NCBI GenBank assembly: GCA_028826165.1
Contig: JAPDFW010000146.1
Span: forward strand, 1-64,000
Reading direction: 5' to 3'
Origin: Anaeramoeba ignava BMAN
Lineage: Eukaryota; Protista; Anaeramoebae
DNA: 64,000 nt
The notes under the pieces are model-generated. The model searched no databases. It was not told the DNA's origin and saw only the letters and a list, made by a program, of their open reading frames with translations. Shown piece after piece: positions 1 through 10,763 of the stretch; positions within the stretch are counted from its first letter, which is position 1, and each line of letters begins with the position of its first letter. A program made the position numbers and the translations under genes.

Positions 1-61
1 AATTTAATTATTTAATAATTTCATTTTGTTTTTCATTTTTCCTTTCAAATTTTTAAATAAA

Positions 62-1260
62 ATGGAAACTTATTTAAATTTAGAAAAACTTTCAAATGAT
101 TTAAAAAATTTATTTCAAAATCAAAATCAAAATGAAAAGAAAATGAAAGTTATTTTGATTTTTGAAATAATTTGTGAACAAAATAAAATTTCATTTAAAA
201 ACTCATAAATCAATTCTTTCTTCAAGAAGTGAATATTTTAAATCTCTTTTTAAAAATGAAAGAATATCAAGAAAATAAATTAATTCTAAAAGATATTTCA
301 AGCTCAATTCTATCTTCAATTTTGAATTATTTTTATTCAGGAAAAATGAAATTAATTGAAATGTAATTGAAATTTTATTTTTTTCATCAAAATATTTAAT
401 TGATGAATTAATTGAAATTTGTTTAAAATTTATCAAAAATAATTTACAAATTGAAACTATTGTTGATGTTCTTAAATTATCTGAAGCAATGAACTTCAAT
501 CAATTAATAGATTCTTTCATTTTATTTTTCAAACTTAAAGATACTTTTAAAAGAAGATTTAATTCCAAATCAAATTTCAGAAAAATTAATTCAATTCCAA
601 AAACTTCAAGAAAATGAAAATGAAAAAGAACTAAATCAATTCATTGAAAAAGAAAAATCATTCATTTTCAAAACAAGATTTACATTTCAATCAGAAATTA
701 TTCAAGAAGTAGAACATATTAATAAATTAAAAGAATGGATAAATGATAATGAATTCTTTTTCAAAATTAAATTAGGATTTTCAGCAAAAAGAGATGGATT
801 TGATTGTAAAAATTGGCATTCAAAAGTTGATGGAAAAGGAAAAACATTAGTTATTATCAAAACAGAAGATAATTTTATTTTTGGAGGATTTACTCAAGTT
901 GGATGGACAACTGATAGATCAAAATGGAGAGAAGAAGATAGAAGAGATTCAAATGCATTTATTTTTTCATTAAGAAATGATAAAGGAGATAGAAAACCTG
1001 AAAAATTTTCAATTCAAAAAGGAAAAGAACAATTTTCTATTTATTTTAATTATTCATATTTTGGTCCATTTTTTGGAAATGGATATAGTGCATTTCCAGA
1101 TTTTCATTTAGAAGAGAATTTAAAAACTGGTTGGTCAAATTTTGGGAATAGTTATAATCTTCCTAATGGAATTACTTATAAATCAAATGAAGCTAAAAGT
1201 TATTTAGCTGGTTCTTATTCTTCATGGAGAGTTGATGAACTTGAAACTTATTTTAATTAA
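62..1260 (+). pseudogene. BTB/POZ + TLDc domain protein, frameshifted (pseudogene or assembly errors)
   Basis: Manual translation across frames gives BTB motifs (SNDLKNLF...YFDFEIIC..FKTHKSILSSRSEYFKSLF) and TLDc motifs (GFSAKRDGF..WHSKVDGKGKTLVIIKT..FIFGGFT..AFIFSL..GPFFG..ELETYFN*). Several frame changes occur and the middle region is short. Confidence 0.8.
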
Positions 1261-1316
1261 AAAATAATAAATTTAATTTGGTTTTTATTTTATTATTTTT
1301 TTTTAAAATAACATAT

Positions 1317-4300
1317 TTAAAAATGATTTTTTTCAGCACTTCTTAATCTCATTTTTTTTGGTAAACTTTCTCGAAAAAATTTTGAAAATTCAATTCTTTT
1401 TTTTGTATCAATAAATTCAAATTGAAATGAATGTAAAGAATCAAAAATAATTTTACCAACTTTTGATTTTTGTTCACTATAAAGAAATTGCGAATCAGAA
1501 TTTAATTTAAATTCCAAATCTTTATCTGTTCCAATTTTTATAATACATTTTTCATTTTCAAGTGTAATTGTACCTTGTTTTCCAGAAATATTTTCTTGAT
1601 TTCCTTTAATAAATTTAACTGAAAATATTTTATTTTCATTTTCAATTTTATTTTTTTTCAAATTTTCATCTTCATCTTCTATAAATGGATTTCTAGCTTG
1701 AAATTTTTGAAATAATTTTTCAAAATCATTTCTTTGTTTTGCTTCTGAAAAAAGAATTATAATATTTAAATCTTCTTCAATATTAATTTTTGCAAGTCTA
1801 TCATTTTGTGGATGAATAAACAGATGATTTACTTGATTTAAATTAATTTTCCCTACATTTGTTTTAAGATGTAAATCTGCACAATTTCTTGTAAATTTCA
1901 ACAATCCATTTCCTTTAGGTTTTAATGTTTCATCAACAAGTTGAATATAAAAAATATTGGTATCTTTTTTGCATTCTTGTTCTTCTTGTTGCTTTTTTAA
2001 TTCTTCTTGATTTTTTGAATGGAATATTTCCTTTTCTTTTTGAGTTTTAAATTTATCTATAAAAATTTTTGCAAGATTTGAAGTTAGAAATTGGAAGTAT
2101 AATTCTGTTGTTTGTGGTTCATTTTCTATTAGATCAATTTCTTTTCCTTGTTTTTGTTTTAATTCATCTTCATCTTCTTCAATTTTAAATTTACATAAAA
2201 CATTATTTTTTGGATGAATAAAAAGACTACTTTTCAAATAAGATAATCTTTTGTTCAATTTTTGAGATTCAATTATAAAACAATCTTCTTCTAAAACAAC
2301 TTTTCCTTCATTTCTAATTTTTGAATTATCGAAAATGATAATTTGATATTCCATTGTTTCCAATGTAATATTATTGATATCATTTTCAAGTGTATTAAGA
2401 AATTCTCGGAATTCTCTTTGTTTTTTAGGTTTTGTTTCTTCAACTGATAAATCTTTTTCTTCTTCAATTCTAATTGGTTCTAAATTTTTTATAGGTTGAT
2501 TTTGATTTTGATTTTGATTTTCGTTTTCGTTTTCGTTTTCATTTTCATTTTCATCTTTGATTTGTTGAAATAATTCAATAAAATTATTCTTATCTAAAGT
2601 GTGATAAAATGAAAAAAGAAATTCATTTCCATTTGATAATTGAATTCTAATCATTTTTGGTTTTGTTAAATGTGAAAAAATATTTGTTTTTTGAATTGAT
2701 TCACTTTGAATCTTTTCTTCTCCTGATGCAATAATAATTCTTTGATTTTCTTGGAAAATTTTAATATATCCTTCTAAAAAATTTTGGCTTTGTATCAAAT
2801 AAAATATTCCATTAAATTGTTTTATATTTTCTTCTTGATTATTTTCTGTAATTTTAGGTAATAAATTTTTGAAATTTTGTAATTTCCTTAAATCTGAAAA
2901 TGTTAAACTAATTTCATTTTTAAGTGTTTCAAGTTTGCATTCATTTGGATATTTGTTATTGAAATAAAGTTGATAATTTTCAACATTAAACACAAATTTC
3001 GTTAAATCTTTCTGAATGAAAGCTAATAAATTTGAATCATTGGATTCTTTCATAATTTGGCATTTACCAATATATGAATCATTGATTATAATTTTGGCAT
3101 ATACCATTTTTGGTTCAGATTTAATAGTATTTATTGGATATAATGATTCTAAATTTTGAATAAGAGAATTATAATATTGAGTGTATGATTCAAATTTATG
3201 AATAAATTTTGTTTCTTCATCAATAGAAGGAAATACTAATGAAATAAATGCATTTTCTATTCCAAGATTAATATGAATGGAATTATCGATTTTTGGTTTT
3301 TTGAGCGTGATCATTGGAGAATATTCCAATGTTAATAATTCGTTAAAAGCTCCATATTCAGATTCATTTGTTACACTTCCTCTTATTTTTCAAATATTGA
3401 TTGTTTGTATTCTGAACTTTTTGATAGTGAATGAATCAAATGCCAAAAATGATATTTCCATTGATTTTTGATTTTCTTTGATGTTGATTTTTACAATCAA
3501 AAATTAATTTTCGTGGTTGGAAATTATCTTGAAGTGATTTAAAATAATCTTTTCTTTTTGAATAAAAATCTCTTGTGAAAATTTGGAACATTTCGCAATT
3601 TGGGAATGAAATGTTGATAAAGTTTTCTTCATCAATCATTATTCTGCAAAACACAACATGAATTCCTTTATAAAATTCAAGTAATTTTGTATAAATTGAA
3701 TATCTTTTCTTGATTACATTATTTTGGAAATTTAAGGAAAAATGGTTTCTGTAAAGAGATATTGTGATATCACCAGATAAATCATAAAATCCATTATATA
3801 AAAAGGCTTTGTATTTATTTGGTTTATGTTGTTCATTTACTATTCTGATATTTTGGTTTTTGTATAATATGGTTCTTGTTTTTGTTCTGTAAAAAAAAAT
3901 TGTTTTATGTTAGGATCTTGAAACATTTCCATTTTAAATAAATTAATATTTTGATCATTTGTTTGGAATATTTTGCTAGTTTTTAAATCTAAGTAATTTT
4001 TTTGGAAAAGAAGGAAAGAATAAATGATAATGTTTCGTAATTCTTCTGATTTAACTTTGATAATAAAATTGGAAAATTGATCAATTTGAAGTGAAAAGAA
4101 TTTGGGTTTAAATGGATTCAAAATAATTCTTTGAATTGATGAAAATTCATTTTCCATTAATAATTTTCCTGAAGTTAGAAATATACGAATTCTTTCTTGA
4201 GTAAAAGTTAATGTTCCGTTTGAATAAATTCCTGAATCCAAAAGAAGAATTGGGAAGTTATCAGTTTTTCCATTTTGTAAATATTCTTCAATTTTAGAAA

Positions 4301-6055
4301 CTTTGGGAATTGATTCTGAAAATGAAATGAAATTTGATTTGAGAATATTTGTGTTGATAAGATCAGGTAAATTTTGTTGTTGAAAAGTTTCTGTTGTTCC
4401 ATCATTATTGAATGAAGCAAAAACCAAGTTTTCAAATGGGAAATCATTTTTGAAATATTCTTCTTGAATATTTGTTTCTTCGTTTTAGGGTAATAATTCC
4501 CAAAATTTGGTTCAATAAAATCTAAATTGATACTTTTTCATTTTTTGGAATTTGATTTCTTTTGAGTTTCTGTGAAATATTTGAAGTGTTCTAAAGATTA
4601 GTTCTTGCTTTAAATCTGTTTTGCAAATGAGTTTGATAAAATATTCAAATTCTTTTGTATAAAATTTTCAATACAATCATTTTTTTGGGATTTGTTAATC
4701 TTTGGAATGAAAGAATGTTAGCTTGATATAAAAGAGAAATGATTCCTGAATTAGTTATTAAATTTAGTTGATTCAATTCCAATTTTAGCACACAATATCC
4801 ACATTCATTTCTGTCTTGATTTTCAATTTCAATTTGGAAAGATGCTGTTTTATTCATCAATGTTCTTAATGCAACACATTCAATTTCAAATTCTTTTCCA
4901 ATTATATTTCCATTTATCGGGAATTCTTCAATAAATATTCCTTTATACCATTGAAACATTAAAAATGTTTTTGAAAAAATATAGGCTTCATTTTTGGTAT
5001 CAAATTTCATTTTGATTTTCTTTTCTTCATTAAAACAAATTGACAACGAATGCTCATCATCTTTTTCAACTGATAAATAAACTTCAGGAGAAAGAAAATA
5101 AGGTGATATTGCAATTACACCTGTGCCTAAAATGTTTATTGTGAACTTTTCTGTTGTTAATTCAATAACTCCTAGTTTTGGTGCTGATGTTTTGTTTTCA
5201 ATATATTTAAAATTGAAACGAGCTTTTCCAAGTATAAAAAATTTTTGAATAATATTTTTTTGGATTTCTGTTGAAATTTTTTGAGTTGAATAATAGTTTA
5301 TTAAATGATGGGAAAATGAATAATGACTGTTTTCAGTTTCTGTTTCATTTCCGTTGATATTTTTCTTTAGAAATAAAATATTATCCAATTCATCATCATT
5401 ATTCTTCCATTCATTTATATTTAATGTTTTTTGAGAATAAATAAAAGATTCTTCTTGTAAATTTTGTTTTTTAATTAAAATTGGGCTTTTGATTTTTGAA
5501 TAAGATTCAAGTTTTTCATCATTAATAATTTCTTGAATAGTTTTTTTTTTGGGAGTTTGAAAAGGATTTAGTTCTGTTTTGTTTAAATCAATATCATTTT
5601 TATCAGGAATCATTGAATTATCAAAATCTTGTGAAGAAAATGTTTTTGAATGTCTTTTTGATTGAATTGAAGATGTTTTAGTTCTTGCAATAACACCTAA
5701 TTGATAAACAAGTATAAGAAGAGCTGATGTAAATCTTTTATCAATAAAATCATTATATGTCAAAATGTATTCTTTTTGAACTCCATATTTTAAACAAGAT
5801 TTTGTAAATGTATCCCAATTTTTTTGAGGATTATTTCTAAAATAAAAAGAGAAAAAATTTTAATTTAATTTAATTTTAAGAAATTTTTTAATTTATTTTT
5901 TACACTTCAATTTGAATACTATTTGGTTGAAGTTTATTAAAAAGATGACATAATTGAATTGTTAATTGATTTCTTTTTTGAATTTCAAAATCTACTGTTT
6001 CTCCAATTTGTGTTGAAATCCATGTTGTTATTTTTTCTTGTAATTGTTTATTCAT
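1317..6055 (-). CDS. Calponin-homology (CH) domain followed by ~10 tandem PH-like modules; interrupted reading frame
   Basis: ATG at 6055. Exon 1 reads TWISTQIG...LCHLFNKLQPNSIQI, then a GT-AG intron (~5837-5903), then NWDTFTKSCLKYGV...LVYQLG (CH signature). ORFs 4645-5763, 3840-4427, 3436-3654 and 1317-3329 carry recurring ~85-aa beta-rich modules ending in an F..F helix. Frameshifts and two in-frame TGA codons lie between the ORFs. Confidence 0.65.
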
Positions 6056-6134
6056 TTTATTGAAAAAAAAAAATGAAAAAGAAAAAAATGAAAAAAAAAA
6101 TTAATTTCTTTAAATCTTTTTTTTTTTGAAATTT

Positions 6135-7100
6135 TAAACTTTATCTTTTCAATAATAACAAAATTTAATTGAATTTTGAATTGTTTCATTATTTAAATTT
6201 GATTTAATTAAATCAAATAAATTTCGAAAAATTTTATCATATTTTTCACAAATAAAATGTCCACATTTTAATTGTTTTTCTTGAATTGGATGAAAACAAA
6301 TTGAACAAGTATCATTTGGAATATAAGAACCTAAATTATGATTTGCATTTATTTCTTTATTAAGAACTACATATTGTAAATAAATTTGTTGTAATGAATT
6401 TTGAAGATTATTTGATTTTTCAATAAATTCTTGAAATTTTTTAGAATTGTTTCTGAAAATATTTTCTTAGCTTGAGTTTCTTCTAAATTTGTTTTCAATG
6501 AAATTGGTTCATTTTGTGTGAAAATATTTTTTAATCTTCTCATAAAAAATTTTGTTTCCAAAAAAGTAAAATTAATATTGGAATATTTCTCTTCTTGTTG
6601 TGAATTTTCTTCACTTAAGTTTCTAAAATTAGATTGAATTGATTGATAAATTTGTTGATTTAATAATTGAGGATATAATTTATCAAAAAATTCTATTCTT
6701 TTATTTTGATAATCTAATATTTTGTATTCATATTTATTTTAATTAAATTTTCAATTTTTTGAACTGCAAATGTTATTGAAAGATGTTTTATTGCATTTTT
6801 TTCTGATAAAAGATAATCTTCTAATTCCATTTCTTTCATTATAATTTCAAAAAAAAAATGAAAAGAATATAAAGCTTCTTCTGAATAATAAAGTAAACAT
6901 TTTGAAAGAATTGAACTCATTCTTATATTTTCTTGGAATTTTTTAACAACAAGTTCAAATAAAATTATCCAAATAAATTGATTATAAAGAATTCCTAATT
7001 TCTTTTTTGATTTTATTTTTTAATAACTTGATTAATTCTTTTAATCTTTCAATTTCTTTTTGAAGTATTTCTATTGAACTTGGCTCTTCAATATCAAAAT
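6135..7100 (-). pseudogene. Decayed 3' half of the GTPase-RING gene (paralog of 10764-11806)
   Basis: Colinear similarity to 10764-11806 (e.g. MSSILSKCLLY..., PNDTCSICFHPIQEKQLKCGH). It has internal deletions, frameshifts, and RING cysteines lost (C>Y, TGC>TGA). Confidence 0.85.
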
Positions 7101-9033
7101 ATTATTAATTTAATTTAATTTGATTAATATTTATTTAATTTAATTTGATTAATATTTATTTAATTTAATTTGATTATTAATTTAATTTGATTTAATTTGA
7201 TTAATATTAATTTGATTTAATTTGATTAATATTTATTTATTTGATTTAATTAATATTTATTTAATTTAATTTGATTAATATTTATTTAATTTAATTTGAT
7301 TAATATTTATTTAATTTAATTTGATTAATATTTATTTGATTTAATTTGATTAATATTTATTTAATTTAATTTGATTAATATTTATTTAATTTAATTTGAT
7401 TAATATTTATTTAATTTAATTTGATTAATATTTATTTGATTTAATTTGATTAATATTTATTTAATTTAATTTGATTAATATTTATTTAATTTAATTTGAT
7501 TAATATTTATTTAATTTAATTAATATTTATTTAATTTAATTTGATTAATATTTATTTAATTTAATTTGATTAATATTAATTTGATTTAATTTGATTAATA
7601 TTTATTTAATTTAATTAATGTTATTTAATTTAATTTGATTAATATTTATTTAATTTAATTTGATTAATATTTATTTGATTTAATTTGATTAATATTTATT
7701 TGATTTAATTTGATTAATATTAATTTAATTTGATTAATATTTATTTGATTTAATTTGATTAATATTTATTTAATTTAATTAATATTTATTTAATTTAATT
7801 TGATTAATATTTATTTGATTTAATTTGATTAATATTTATTTGATTTAATTTGATTAATATTTATTTGATTTAATTTAATTAATATTATTTATTTTAATTA
7901 ATATTTATTTAATTTGATTAATATTTAATTGATTTAATTTGATTAATATTGATTGATTTAATTTGATTAATATTTATTTAATTTGATTTGATTAATATTT
8001 ATTTAATTTAATTTGATTAATATTTATTTAATTTGATTTGATTAATATTTATTTGATTTAATTTGATTAATATTTATTTAATTTAATTTGATTAATATTT
8101 ATTTAATTTAATTTGATTAATATTTATTTAATTTAATTTGATTAATATTTATTTATTTGATTTAATTAATATTGATTTGATTTAAATTAAATTAATATTT
8201 ATTTAATTTAATTAATATTTATTTAATTTAATTTGATTAATATTTATTTAATTTGATTTGATTAATATTTATTTAATTTAATTTGATTAATATTTATTTA
8301 ATTTAATTTGATTAATATTTATTTAATTTGATTTGATTAATATTTATTTAATTTAATTTGATTAATATTTATTTATTTTAATTTAATTTGATTAATATTT
8401 ATTTAATTTAATTTGATTAATATTTATTTAATTTAATTTGATTAATATTTATTTAATTTGATTAATATTTATTTAATTTAATTTGATTAATATTTATTTA
8501 ATTTAATTTGATTAATATTTATTTGATTTAATTTGATTTAATATTTATTTGATTTAATTTGATTAATATTTATTTGATTTAATTTAATTAATATTGATTT
8601 ATTTTTAATTAATATTTATTTAATTTGATTAATATTTAATTGATTTAATTTGATTAATATTTATTGATTTAATTTGATTAATATTTATTTAATTTAATTA
8701 ATATTTATTTGATTTAATTTGATTAATATTTATTTATTTTAATTTGATTAATATTTATTTAATTTGATTAATATTTATTTATTTTAATTTAATTTTGATT
8801 AATATTTATTTTGATTTAATTTGATTAATATTTATTTAATTTGATTAATATTTATTTAATTTAATTTGATTAATATTTATTGATTTAATTTGATTAATAT
8901 TTATTTAATTTAATTTGATTAATATTTATTTAATTTAATTTGATTAATATTTATTTAATTTAATTTGATTAATATTTATTGATTTAATTTGATTAATATT
9001 TATTTGATTTAATTTGATTAATATTTAATTGAT
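7101..9033. repeat. ~26-bp AT-rich tandem satellite (TTTAATTTAATTTGATTAATATTTAT variants)
   Basis: Directly visible tandem array of about 1.9 kb, essentially without C on the + strand. Confidence 0.95.
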
Positions 9034-9497
9034 TTAAATTAAATTAATAAATAAAAATAAAAGTAAATAATTATTAAAATATTATTTATTATTTTTATAT
9101 TTAAATAAATAAAAGTGGAATTTTGTTTTTTTTTTGTTTTGAAAATAAAAAGAAAGAAATAAAGAAAGAAAGAAAATGGAAATTAAAATAAAAATAATTT
9201 ATAATTTAGAAATTAATTTAATTTGTGGAATTAGGGAAAATGAAAATAAAAATCGAATTATTTAATTAATAAAATAAAAATAAAAAATCAAAAAAAAAAG
9301 AAAAAAATATTTGTTAATCTCAATTTTTTAATAAAAATAAATTTAAATATTTAATCAATTAAAAATAATATAAAAGAAAAATTAAAATTGAAAAAATAGA
9401 TTATTTTCATTCTTCTTTTTTTTTATCTTTTTATCTTTTTATCTTTTTATCTTTTTATCTTTTTATTTTTAAAAAATCAAAAAATCAAAAATTAATT

Positions 9498-9967
9498 ATG
9501 AATTTTCAAATATTTGTTAAAACATTAACTGGAAGAACAATTACACTTGATGTTGATTCAAATGATTCTATTGAGAATATTAAATCAAAAATTCAAGAAA
9601 AAGAAGGAATTTCACCTGAACAACAAAGATTAATTTTGCAGGAAAACAATTAGAAGATTCAAGAACATTAAATGATTATTCAATTCAAAAAGATTCAACA
9701 ATTCATTTAGTTTTAAGATTAAGAGGTGGAAATTTTCAAATATTTGTTAAAACATTAACTGGAAGAACAATTACTCTTGATGTTGATCCAAATGATTCTA
9801 TTGAGAATATTAAATCTAAAATTCAAGAAAAAGAAGGAATTTCACCTGAACAACAAAGATTGATTTTTGCAGGAAAACAATTAGAAGATTCAAGAACATT
9901 AAATGATTATTCAGTTCAAAAAGATTCAACAATTCATTTAGTTTTAAGATTAAGAGGTGGAAATTAA
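9498..9967 (+). CDS. Two-unit divergent polyubiquitin with a 1-nt deletion in unit 1 (T4 instead of T5 at ~9634)
   Basis: Near-identical to units of 14070-15002, including both flanks. The frameshift is in a homopolymer, so it may be an error. Confidence 0.85.
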
Positions 9968-10527
9968 TTTAAATTTCAAATTTTCTTTTTTTCAAATTCT
10001 CTTTTTTTTTCATTTCATTTGTTTTAAAAACAATTTTCTTTTTTGAATAAATCAATAAAAAATAAATAAAAAAAATAAATTTTATTCCACTTTTTATTCC
10101 ACTTTTTTATTTTAAATAAAATAAAAGAAAAGAAAAATATTTTTTATTCCATTTTTTAATTTTGAATTTTAATTTTAATTTTAATTTTAATTTTGAATTT
10201 GATGAAAAAAATTGATAAAAATATAAAAATAAAATTTAATAAATTTAATAAATTAATTAATTTAATTTTTATTTTAAATTTAAATTTTAAAATGATATTT
10301 TTTATTAAATTAAATTAATTAAATTTTTGATTTTGATTTTTTTTGATGAAATGAAATGGAAATAAAAAATATTTTTATTTTCCAAAATTATTTAATTAAT
10401 TAATAAATAAATTCAAAAAAAAAAATGGAAAGAAATTTAATAAACAAATAAACTAATAAATTATTCCTATTTCTTATTTTTTTTTAAAAAGAAATTTAAA
10501 TTTGATTTTGATTTTGATTCTTATTTA

Positions 10528-10760
10528 TTGAATTTGAAAATGAAATTGAAAATGAAATTGAAATTGAAAATGAAAATGAAAATGAAAATGAAATTGAAAT
10601 TGAAAATGAAATTGAAAATGAAATTGAAATTGAAAATGAAATTGAAAATGAAAATGAAAATGAAAATGAAATTGAAAATGAAAATGAAAATGAAATTGAA
10701 ATTGAAAATGAAAATGGAAATGAAAATGAAATTGAAAATGAAATTGAAATTGAAAATGGA
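10528..10760. repeat. (GAAAAT/GAAATT)n hexamer microsatellite
   Basis: Visible directly. It explains the MKLKMK/SFSIS shadow ORFs. Confidence 0.9.
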
Positions 10761-10763
10761 ATA

